Positions 1 through 11,352 of a stretch of 64,000 bases of DNA are shown here, piece by piece. The notes under the pieces are model-generated. The model was given only the letters and a program-made list of their open reading frames with translations. It searched no databases and had not been told where the DNA came from. Origin of the DNA: the human T2T-CHM13v2.0 reference genome, Homo sapiens; NCBI RefSeq assembly GCF_009914755.1, contig NC_060940.1, one strand, 5' to 3'. Position 1 is the first letter of the stretch. Every line of letters starts with the position of its first letter. The translations under genes were made by a program, and so were the position numbers.

Positions 1-265
1 TCCACAAATCCATAATTTTCCAAAAGCTCAACACCTCCATCTGGACTCAAAAGTACATCAGAACCCCACCTCCAACCTTGAAATGGCCTCTCCATGTGTG
101 GAGGTAGATTAAGCCCCTATTGTTCAAATCCCAATCCAATCTTCATTCTCAGCCTAAGACACTTGGGCAATGAGAAATAGGGAAAGAGGGCCCCTCTTCG
201 GTCATTCCCACCTAACAAGCTGCAAAAGCAAAAATTGTTCATCAGAAATCATCTCTGACAACTTA

Positions 266-445
266 TAGGGATCGGTAAACTTTTTCACAAGGGTCCAACT
301 AGTAAATATCTTAGGTTTTGTGGGCCAGATGGTCCCTGTGAAAATCACTCAACTCTGCCATTGTAACACAATACTAAAAACAGGGAAATGAATGGGTGTG
401 ACTGTGTTCCAATAACACATTCTTTACAAAAACAGCCTCCAGCAG
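266..445 (+). mobile_element. MER58A-like hAT-Charlie DNA transposon remnant
   Basis: Motifs 'ggtaaacttttt...tagtaaatatcttaggttttgtgggccagatggtccctgtg...actcaactctgccattgt...gtgttccaataa' match the MER58A consensus as I recall it. Confidence 0.75.
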
Positions 446-2439
446 GACATGCTTCACAAACTCCTGAGGCTGACAAGTACTATTGCCAATACCTTGTCTC
501 TCTCTAACTCATCACTGGCCTGAAGTAGCAAAACCCCAAAGCCAGATGGAGAGTCTCAATCCAAAATAACATCTTCTACATTAGGAGATCTGTACAGAGT
601 AAAGGGCTGCAAAGCGCTTCCATCCCAGCATTGCCCAGTGACCTCAGAGATAAAGGACTCTCTGGGACTAGGTAATGTTCAACTTCCTGTACTCAAGGAA
701 TTTCAGGTCCTCAGTGTACACAAACTGACCCCAGACATCAACACAAGAGCTGGATATGGAAGAGAAGTTTCAATTTTGGTTCTCAAATCTGTATTTCTCT
801 CTACATTGAATGCTTGTCTCCTTAATTTAAGTAGAAGCATAGAGAACTGAAATGTAGAAGTCAGTCACAAATCCTACCTGGGTTGGGCAGACTTTCCCTG
901 ATAAGACCCTATCTATTGTAAAGCTCCCACATCACACAAGAAATCTATCTTTATCTTAAGTAATAAGCATTATGCCAGTCAATCTTTCTGTGGCAGGTTG
1001 ACACATCATTAAACCAAGGCATGAGGATTAAAAAAAAAGGCCCCATCAAACCATCACAACTCCCATTTCTTTTATATGTAACAATGCAATAAAGGTAACT
1101 CTTAAAATTGCAGATGTCCTGCATTCAGCCTGATCAGATGGGGTTATTCCAGGTTTTCTCCAAAATTGCAATGCCAATTGGGGTACCAGTTTCAAAGATA
1201 ATACTAAGTAAGTAGCTCAAGGAACTGAAGAAAAAAAGAAACATAACAGAGAAAATCATTTTCAACTCCTACTAGAAACTGTTGAAAGCTTTTTTTGTAC
1301 CCAATTAGAGATTAGAGAAGGTGGAGGAAGATCTAAACATCGTGATTAGCGTGTTATTTTTTTTTCTTCTTGCTCCCAATTAAAGAGGGGTTTCTTCTTT
1401 CACTAGAGATGCACAGTTATTAAATCATGATGTCTTTCTTTTAAAAACCAATTTATAGCAGAGGGCTCCTCCATACCACTGCCACTTCTGCAAGGTTGCT
1501 TATAATTGCTCCATGCAATGCTTTGACTAATTAAATCACAGGAGATTGTTTCTTAGTAACACACCTGGTCCACTCTTTGTTGTTGGCTTTCATTAAAGCA
1601 CGGTGTCTCATGCTGCCTCATAGCATGAAAGGATATTAATCAGGTAAATGGCCATTAAAAGTCATATCAGTGTTTGCTGTGCAGTGATTGTTTTCTCAAA
1701 TCTTGAACAAAGGAGGTTTCTTTGAAATCTCAGGGCTGGCCTCCAATCACAGGGAGAATAACCAGGTTGAAATGCTTTGTTTTTCAACCTTACCAAGAAG
1801 AAGAAAAAAGGAACAAAATGCAAGATGTGGCAAGAAGTTAAATTATATTTTTTGCACCACTGAGCTATTTGGGACAAAGAGGGACAAGGTGAACAAACTG
1901 CAATCAGTGTATGGCAAGTGGGGGACAACAGATAGGAAGTGTTTTCTAATGGCCCCCATTCCCTGGGAGAGCAAAGCTCGACTTTGGAGGCATTGCTGCT
2001 AATTAGGTTGCATTTCAGAGCTCTAGTTAGAAATAAAAATGCCCCGGGAATCGAATGCTACTTGCATATTAAATTGAAAAGGGAAAATGTTGCTAAATAT
2101 CTCGTTTTGTCAAGAAAGTATCCTTTATGGTTTACTGATCAGGTACTGTATCTGGACATGGAATATGGTCACGCCAGTTTGATTTTTGAGTTACTTTGCT
2201 CCTCACCCACCCCCACCGCCCCAGAAAAGCCCCTACAAATTAACATGTATTTATATAGCCTAGCCCACATCTAGCAGAGCAAACATTCCATTCAGGAGAG
2301 GGAGAGAGGTGACTATAAGGCACCTGAATAAATGACCAGCTTGCCAAAGGCATCTGCGTATAATCCTGGATCCTGCAACCTTTTCTTGTTTTCTGCCATA
2401 AATGGCGATTTGTTCTGGATTGAGCATGTGGCCTAGTAG

Positions 2440-2714
2440 AAACTGGGGTAAAGCATTCTGCTTAAGAACCCAGGCTCTGGAATACACATTCTGGGGTTGG
2501 AATTCCATGTTTGCAACCTTATGGCTGTGTGACCGTCAGCAAATTACTTAAATCTTCTGTGCCTTGGCTTTATGTCTATAAAAGTCACAAAAATAACAGT
2601 AATAAGACTCCTACAGTTGTTATGAGAATTAAATGAAAGTATTATATATAGTCTGAGATACACACACCCACATATATTTATATATACACACATTATGTAT
2701 ATACACACGCACAA

Positions 2715-2780
<66 letters not shown>

Positions 2781-2825
2781 TCTGGTTCATAAAAAGTCCT
2801 CAATAAATGTTAGCTGTTAATAGCT
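2440..2825 (+). mobile_element. MIR SINE interrupted by compound microsatellite
   Basis: MIR core 'gctgtgtgacc..caaattacttaa..ctgtgccttggct' and tail 'ctcaataaatgttagct'. Confidence 0.7.
2660..2780. repeat. Compound (CA)n(TA)n(GA)n microsatellite
   Basis: Directly visible dinucleotide runs. Confidence 0.95.
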
Positions 2826-3529
2826 GCCAAAGGCTTACACAGTATATGTATAATAATACATATATTTTATTCAAATCAGAATGTCAAATGGAGACTCAGT
2901 AACTAAATACTCCTGGCGGGTTGCCTTTTGTGATGCTGTATCATGAGAGAAGGGTGTGAGCTTGAATTGGTGCTAACTGAGTCAGTGGGGAAATGAAATC
3001 AAGGTGGCCTGTTTTGGGGCACTTCTATGGCTCTCCAGTGGGATCCCAGCAAGAGGCTTCTGCCTAAAGCCAAGCATACCTCACTGGGGCAGCCTTTGAG
3101 ACGGTTGTCCACGCTGCCCACTGCACAAGAGCACCCAGAGAAGGAACGGGGGCTGAAATTGAGACCGCGGCCCACAGTCCACTCTGCATGCATTTGAGCC
3201 AGCTATGCCTGACAGGGTCTTCCAACAGAGAGAACCTCTGGGCATCTTCTTTTGGTGCAGCCTCAGTTGCCTGCACAGGGGCCTTCCTGACACTTCCCAA
3301 AGGACAGAACGGGCAACTGCAAATGACAGAAAGGCCAACACCACTTGGCTCAGGCAGGAAGGCCAAGAGCTTGCAAAACCAGGAATTGCTGGGGGTGGCT
3401 CCAACTCTGAACACAACACGGCACCTCCAGGGCCCTGGGCATTTCCAGGGTCCAGGGCCCTGGGCGTCTTCAGGCTGCCTTCTCTCTCCCAGCAGATCCT
3501 CGTTGCACAAGGCTGTCTAGTGCTCCATG

Positions 3530-3800
3530 GTGACCAGAAGAAGGGCAGCACCTCCAGCTCACTAAAGCACCTGTGCAGCTCTCAAGGCTCCAGAGAAACT
3601 TGCCCCTCATTGGTTGGGATCCAGTCACGTGCTATTCCTGACCCAATGACGCTGGGCGAGAGGAGCTGATATTCTGATTGGCCATGTTGGGGAGGGCGGC
3701 GGGGTGGTTCCAGGGTATTTCAGGCCCCATGGGTGGTGCCACAAGCATGTGACCTTCAGGGCTCAGAGTTGGAGACAGCAGGCGAGCTGGTTATGCAGGG
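3530..3800 (-). mobile_element. Old MLT1-class (MaLR) LTR fragment
   Basis: 'ctcattggttggg..gtcacgtg..cctgacccaatg..tctgattggcc' resembles the antisense of old MLT1 LTRs; boundaries uncertain. Confidence 0.4.
3609..3699. promoter_or_regulatory. Candidate NF-Y/USF/GC-box cluster
   Basis: ATTGG 3609, GTCACGTG 3624-3631, CCAAT 3643, ATTGG 3677, GGGCGG 3694. Confidence 0.35.
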
Positions 3801-4051
3801 GAAAGCGGAGGTGCTGTTACTAGAAGTAGCATGACTGGATGTTGGCTCAGTAAAATGGCAGACGTTCCGTAGAATGGAGAAAGGAGGAGGCCATGGAGCA
3901 GTGGGATGGGGCTTATAGGGAAAGCAACATGACAGGCGTTTTCTCCCTAGGTGTCTTTCTGAAGACTGTTGCTGACCGTTGAGCCGACATGGACAACCTG
4001 AAAGCCCCTGCTGTGGCACACAGGGCGTCAGAAACTGACCTAAATCTCGAA

Positions 4052-4240
4052 GGCTGTGGTTCTCACATTCGTTGCACATTAAAATTACCCGAGGAGCTTT
4101 TCAAACATCTCTGTGCCTGAATTCCACCCCCAGAGATTTATTTAACTGTTGGAGAGGGGATGGGAAGAGGTTAGGTGCGGATATTTTTTAAAAGCTTCCC
4201 CAAGTGATTCTGTTCAGCCATGACTGAGAACTACCATCCT
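4052..4240. mobile_element. MER5A/B hAT-Charlie element
   Basis: Termini 'gtggttctca...' and '...tgagaactacc'; internal 'ccacccccagagatt', 'aaagcttccccaagtgattct'. Confidence 0.75.
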
Positions 4241-5552
4241 AGGGCATCTGCCTGTATTCTTTAGCAAACTTGCTCACAGAAGGGGGAGAAATTACCAAAC
4301 TCCTGAGAATCCTCATCCTGGTTAGACATACTAATTTTCCCCACTCCAGGGCAGATTCTAAGATTAGGGGAATTATGCTAGGGGCACTTGGGAAGAGAAT
4401 GGGGGGTTGCTCTTTTGAATGATGAGAAAATAAGTAAATTAAAAGGCACCACGCTTTATCTTCTCACTGTTTTGTTTTCACACTGCTTCCTCTAATATGC
4501 TTTTACACTGCTTTCAACAGCCATGATGTCATCATATAAGCTTACAAAAGAAATTGCGGAAAAGGTGGAACTTTTGGGAAATGTGCTCAGAGGAGGAAAT
4601 TATTCTCCTGCCCTTACTCTCTCTGTCCACCAGTTTCATTTCTGTCCCCTTTCTCCAGAGAAAGGGGGATTCCTTTTTTTTTTTTTCTGATTGGAAGGAG
4701 ACCCCCATTCAATGTTTGTATGGGTTCTTTTACTAATTACAATAAAAGAGTTGCCATTCAAGAAGCCAAGTTTCTAATGAGGAAGTGAAAATAACCACCC
4801 TGCATATTAACTGCCGACCATCTCCACTTGCTGGATTAAATGTCAAGAAAAGATGCATTCACTGCTGGGTTTCTAATCTGCTTTGATTCACTAGTCTGCT
4901 TATGCATACTAGCTTTCCTGTTTTTTTTTAAGGTGTTATTTTCTTTACTGTTTAACAGGCTCAGGAAAGGCTTAAATTCATGAAGAGTGGGCCTGTAATA
5001 GGTTTGCAAGCAGAAAGTTAAGAATGCCTGGGATGTGTCTTGGGGTCATCACCAGTGTGGGTTACTATTATATTCACACACAGTAACCATCTGTTGATAT
5101 TGAAGGCAGTACTAGAACACAGCCAAGTGGTACTAAAACACAGTCTCTACCCCCACCCCTACCCCAGTCTACCCAGTACAACAATTTTTATATGACTTAC
5201 TAAGATTTAAAGGACCCCCTCAGATGCCACTCTTTTCCATTACTTTCACATGGTCAGATTTATTCTGAAATGTACTCATCATGAAAGTTTATTGCATTCT
5301 TTTTTTGTTCTTTACATCCTCTCTTGTATTTGTAAACCACATCCATTTTACAGAACACTTTTATGTTTGTTATCATATTTTAATCCTCACAGCCACCCTG
5401 GAATAATGAAGTATGTTAAGGACACAAATGCTGTTAATGATTCCACTCTTTAAGGTGATATCTTAATTAGTCAGTGAATGCACAGTTTCATGGCAGACTT
5501 TTCGAATGCTTTGGCATATGACTGCAAGTTAATGGCCTTCCCTGATGGGTGC

Positions 5553-5934
5553 TGCTATAGTTTGAATATGTCCCTCAAAGTTTATGTGTTGGAAACTTAA
5601 TTGCCCTTTTAACAGTATTAAGAGGTGGGGCCTTCAAGAGGTGATTAGGCAATGAGAGCCCTACACTCACAGATGGATTAATGCCATTATCAGGAGAGTG
5701 GGTTAGTTATCATGGGAGTTCATAAAAGGATGAGTTTGGCCTGATTTTCTCTCTCTTTTTCATGTGCTGACTTCCACTTTCTGCCTTGTGCCATGGGAAG
5801 ACCCTCACCAGATGACAGTGCCATGCTTTTGGACTTCCCAACCTCCAGAAATGTGAGTCAAACAAATTTCTATTTTTTATAAATTACCCAGTTTGGGGGT
5901 ATTCAGTTATAAAAAGAGAAAATGAACTAAGACA
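5553..5934 (+). mobile_element. MST-family (MaLR) solo LTR
   Basis: tgctatagtttgaat...aaaatgaactaagaca (TG..CA termini); degenerate 5-bp TSD ggtgc/ggtac. Confidence 0.85.
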
Positions 5935-7957
5935 GGTACATAACATTTTCATATAACCCAAAAGCACCAATTTTTATTATCCAGTATCGTGTGCTACAGC
6001 CACCCTCAGCTGTTCTTTGACCCTGCCATCCCATTAACTAAGGATCAAGTTCAAATGCACACAGTGACAAGGAGGGAAGAGTAGTTTCATAGCAAGGGAT
6101 GTATAGGGACTATGGCAAACCAGAGAACACAAGCCACTTATTGCCATGAAAAAACAAGGTCCAGGTGTTGCCAGATCTTTCACTTTCTCAAGAGAAGCTT
6201 TTAATCAAGATCCCAATTTAATATCTCTATCTTTACATTGTAACTAATCTTTTTTTACTGTCTCTCTTTCTAACTGTATAGGCCACATCAGTCATTTTAT
6301 TCCAGCTGGATTCAACCTGTACACTGTTATCTGTGTCTCCTGCTCATTCCTCATTTTTCTATTTTGATTAGTTCAGGATTGGCAATGACAACATCACTCA
6401 CTCAAAACAGCCAAATCAGTATGTTATGGGAGAACCAAATGGTCAGTCATGTCAAATTATCTTTTCTCGTGCCTGAGTATCTCCTGCACCAAACAATTTT
6501 GATTACCATCTCTGTCTGTTTCTATTGTAACTTAAATATAATTCTGATACCATACATATCCCATTGAATGGTAATTGTCTATGTAGATATTTCTCTCCTA
6601 TTAGATAGCTCCTTAAAAGCTAAAACTGTTTCTTTTTCATCTTTCTGTCCCCAGTTGCTAGTCCACAATGGACCTCAATTTTTATTTAATGAGCATAGAA
6701 AGCTTTGCACAGCTATTTGTAAAAGGAACAATTTTAGTGATTTGGAAAAGTGAATAAACCCTACTGTGATGTGTGTATACATACATATACATACACATAC
6801 ACATACACAGATACATACAGACACACGCACCACACCCCTAACAATATCGTCATCACACAACCGAATCCTGTGGTTGGCCCATTAGGAAAGATAAGGCCAA
6901 GGTTCTTTATAATCACCAATAATAATGAATGTAGTTCTGAGAACAGAAGTAGTAAGCAATGAACTTGAACTAGATGCTTCCCCAGATGCTTAAACATTTA
7001 TACTGGGCTCTTGAAATACACTTCCTCCTCCTTCTTCCTCCAAGCTTCCATGACTGATCCCCATCCTATCACTTTGCCCTGAACCCCAGCCAGAGCAACA
7101 TGGACACAGGCGTCCATGTTCCTATGTTGCTTCCTCTCCCTGTACACTCTGTCCCTCCCCCGTCCTATTCATCCTTCACAGAAGCTCAAACTCCATCTTC
7201 AGTAAAGTGTCCTGGTTGCTTCAGTTACAGAAGACCTCTTCCATTTCAAAACTTTTGTAGTGCTTATAATCTAGTCCTTCCACTTTGCTACTTTATTATA
7301 TTTAGTCTTTCTTGTGTTAATGTGTAGTTGCATCCCTCATAAATCTTTATAATTATTATTATAAAGAATATTGTCTTTAAAATTGTTATTTTGAAGGATG
7401 AAATGGGAATGAGGAGACAGAGATCTACAGATTCACAGTAACAAAAGTTGTTATATTGTCTTCACTAATTTTGAGATTAATAGATCCTGTGCATAGCTAT
7501 GAAATGTAAATATCACTGAATAAATCCAGTGTTGGAATACGTTTAACTTCTGCTCAAGCAATGGCCTTTGTCTTTTTATCATGCATATTCTTGATATCTT
7601 TTTCTCTCTCATTCATTCAGCAAAATTTATTGAGCTCCAATTGTGTGTCAGGCACTGATCTAGGTGCAAGGGATACAGCTGTAAACAAGAGACAAGATTT
7701 ATGCTGTCACTCAGCTGACGTTACATTAGAACAAGCAAACAATTTCAAACAGCAATTACTACCATGAGGAAAACCAGGTTGACAGGCTAGAGAATACCTG
7801 GGCCTGTGAGTGAGGTAACAAGCTTGGTGTGTTGATGGAACAAAGGCAACACACAAAGCCACTCAAACTAAAAGATTTCGTCACAAGTACAAGTGTTTTA
7901 TTTTTCCCCTTAAGTAGAAGTTGCTAGATTCTAGACTCTACTGGTTGCCTCACTTTA

Positions 7958-8821
7958 TTTTTCAACATTTTAACTAAACTATAATATACCTATAGGAAAG
8001 TACACAATCATAAGTTTACAGCTCAATGAATTTTTTTCTCAGTGAAGACACCTGTGTATGTACTTAAATTAAGAAACTGTGTATCACTGGCCACGACTAT
8101 CCTCAAAAATGCCCCTTGTCCTTCTTTTCAGTGACTAACTCCCCTTTTTATCACCACACATGAGGTTTACCTGGTTTTTAAATGTATATGAATGGAATTA
8201 AGGTGTTATTTGGTAGTCTCTTATTGAGTGTACTATAATTTATTTCTCTATTCTATTGTTAATGGGCATTTGAGTTATTTTTAGTTTTTGACTATTAAAA
8301 ATACTGCTATTATGAAGGTCTTTGTACAAGGCTTTGGTATTTGTATGTATACATTTGCTTATATAGGGTGTTTGTATTTCCAGCGTTAGTAGATGCTGCT
8401 AAAGTGGTTGAACTAACTTTTACTTCTAAACCAGAAGTTAGTAAAATTCAGTCACTCCATATCTTCACCAACACTTGATGTTCTCTGTCTTCTGCAATTT
8501 AGCTTTTCTAGTAGAATCACAATAATATCCACTATGACTTTAATTTTCATTTCCTTTATTATTAATAAGATATTGCTTTTCATATGTTCATTGGTCATTT
8601 AGATATCCTCTTTCTGAAAAGACTGTCTTTCACCTATTTTTTATTGGGTTACTTTTTCCTTTCCATGTAATTTGTGGAATTTCTTTATATATCACAAATA
8701 TTTATTAGATATATGTCTTGAAAATGAATTATCCCACTCTGCTTTTTTACTTCCTTAAATTTGGCTTTTGATCTACAAAAATTCTTAAGTTAATTCAATG
8801 TTTCATTTTTTTCTGTATACA

Positions 8822-8857
<36 letters not shown>

Positions 8858-8915
8858 TTTCCCTTTGAGTTAGTGTTTTACAAAACCTTTGAAGAGATCA
8901 TTAACTACCCAAATC
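7958..8915 (-). mobile_element. Old L1M (L1MC/MD/ME-type) 3' region
   Basis: Antisense L1M 3'UTR/ORF2-end motifs ('tacagctcaatgaatttt', 'gggcatttgagttattttt', 'tcaccaacacttgatg'). Confidence 0.7.
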
Positions 8916-8919
8916 TCAT

Positions 8920-10598
8920 GAAGTGGTAGAGCTGTGGATACACAGTGACAGCAGGGAGGAATAGGTTTGGTGTCCAGATGATCCACTTGGATACCTGTTG
9001 GTCTTGCTTGACAGATGATATCTGTAAATACACAAGTACAGCAGCCATGGCTTGGGAAGGGCATAGTGAACAGGAGCTCGTACTGCTCAGAAATAAGGAT
9101 CTGGATCACAGCATCAGGTAAGCCACCGAGGTCAGCAGAGGTGCTAGGTAACAGTGAGGAGAATCCAAAATGGCAGAGAAGAGGGAAATGGTGACTATTA
9201 GTTATAGCTCTGAGACCAGCTGCAAGTGGCAGGAGCTGAAGATCATACCATTAGCCTTCATCTGAATTTCCCTTGGGAAAAGAAGCCCATTGGAGTTCTG
9301 GCGTGGGGGTGGCTGTTCCCAGAAGCTCCATGAAGAGGTGAATTGGAGTGGTACACGAGGTGGACTGTAGTGCATGTGGTAATCTGCCTCGTTTGGTAAG
9401 TGGTGTATCCAGCAGGCCTTGCCTCAGGACCATAGACATATGATGTTTTATTGGACTTGCATCGTATATCCACCTAATACACCCAATTCTCTAATCCTTT
9501 TGTTCTTTCCTCCCACTGACTGGCATGGTGGTTCTTTACTGCCATTTCTGGTTTTCCTAGCATTTCTACTTCATTTGGTGTAGGCCATCACTATTTTCAT
9601 CTGTGTAGAAGCCACTCTAACAGTGTATTTGTGCCATCTTCCAGAGTCCTTGCCAGGATGTTAAACTCTGCATTTGACAGAGTGTTTCCCAATCAATGAA
9701 TTGTGTCTTACTGAATGTTCTATTCTCTCCCTAGATCAAGCACCTTCAGACTACAGTCCCATAAACATTTTCTAGTTTCTATTCATACATGTTACCTAGG
9801 TCTTACATCTCCTTTAAGTCTAGACCCTTTTCTCCCTTATCAGGCCCACTATATCCCTGCCCAGGTTATTTTGGACTTGACCCTTGTTATTTATAGTCTT
9901 ATTGGCCATGATGAAAATGGGGGCATATCCTGAAGGAGTGGTTGGCATGTGTCTTGCAGGGGAGAGATGTCTGCAGTCTTCAAATAAGGGAATGTGGTAG
10001 GCCATTAAGGCAGTTGTGCACCATTTCTATATGTTCAGAGGCTCAGGGCGACCTTGATATGTAAGGTTTTAGTCTGCTTTAATTCTCCTCTTTCCTAATC
10101 AAAGACATAATAGATGTGCCTAGGTTTAGAGTTTAATTTCCAATGTCACTCATATGATGAAATTTTGGGCCTGGTCCTCAGCTATCTCTGCCCTTATGCT
10201 GTATGAAATGTAAGTGTCTTTATTTGCTATCAAGCAGGACCTCTGCATTTCCTCTTTATCTTTTCACTGGCAATTAATTACTGTCAGTCATTCATGATGT
10301 TTTTCCGCAGCATCAGTGGAGCTTAGTAATAGCTATCTGAGATGACTGTCCCTTTTTTATGGTTACCACATTGTTTCTCAAATGCCTGCTATTGCACCAG
10401 CTTGTGAATTCCCTTCTGCTAGTATGCTATCCTAGTTAACCAGCAGTAAAAACTCTAATAATTGCATTGCCACCTCATGCCAGGAACTATCTGTATTCTT
10501 ACCACCAACGAGTCCTCCTTGCCACTTGGACAGCAGCAAGTGATCCAGCTCCAAAATCCCATCTCAGCATCTGCTTTCTCCAACTACTTCTAATACCA
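8920..10598 (-). mobile_element. ERVL-class internal fragment (ERV3-16/HERV16-like); 8920-9245 appears to be on the opposite strand
   Basis: The reverse complement near 10540-10598 reads 'tggtattagaagtagttggagaaagcagatgctgagatgggattttggagctggatca', the leader of ERVL-16-type internals, directly adjoining an LTR. Confidence 0.6.
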
Positions 10599-10935
10599 AC
10601 TGTTGCAGATCTTATTCCCCAGAAAGCAGAATTTGAAATGGAGACTAGTGTACAGGAAGCTTTTGGAATCAACACTTATGGAAGGGATGTGAATAAAGTG
10701 GTACTGAACAGGAAAAGTTGGACTGTAATATAGTCTCAACAAAGTCCTCAGTCAACTGTATATGGAACTGTACAGCTACAACCCTCAAATTCAAGTGACA
10801 GAGCTGGGATTTTGCACGTGCACATCCATCAGTTATTGAATAAGGCTGCTCTGAAAAGGGAGTATGGCCTAGAGCAAGGTGACTCCCTTAACTGAGACAG
10901 CTGTAAAATGCTGGGAGTGCTGCCTGCAGAGAGCC
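10599..10935 (-). mobile_element. LTR16/LTR33-like ERVL LTR
   Basis: 'ccccagaaagcaga..tgaaatggagactagtgtacaggaag..gatcaacac..gtctcaacaaag' matches the antisense of LTR16/33-type LTRs. Confidence 0.6.
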
Positions 10936-10989
10936 CTCAGATTTTAACCCCTTTTAAAGTGTGGTGTAATTTACTATACCAACAGAACA

Positions 10990-11351
10990 AAGAAGATTAA
11001 GTTGGCACTTTTATTTTTACTTCAACCCAAATACTTATTTCTCTCCTCTTACTGCAATGAGCCTCTGATATGGTGACAAATACAAGTAATGATAGTCAAC
11101 ATTTTTGTTTCATTCCTAGTTTCAAGGAGGAAACCTTTTACATTTTACTAATAAATATCATATTTGCTATAGGCATTTTTATCCATACCTTTTATTAGGT
11201 ATTAATTTCCCTTCTCTTTCTAGCTTTTAAGGAACAAATATTGAATTTAATTAAATGTATCTTATCTATTGAGATAATTATATAATATATTCAGATTATT
11301 ATCTTTTATTCTATTCACATGGCAAATTATAGTAATTTTAAAAAGCTCAAC
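10990..11351 (-). mobile_element. Old L1M ORF2 fragment (host element, left part)
   Basis: Antisense L1 RT-region motifs 'gatagtcaacatttttgtttcattcct', 'atctattgagataat'. Confidence 0.65.
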
Positions 11352-11352
11352 T

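Noticed and set aside
3064-3669. Four overlapping 110-156 aa ORFs on both strands
   Set aside because: No recognisable domain or splice structure; expected from locally higher GC
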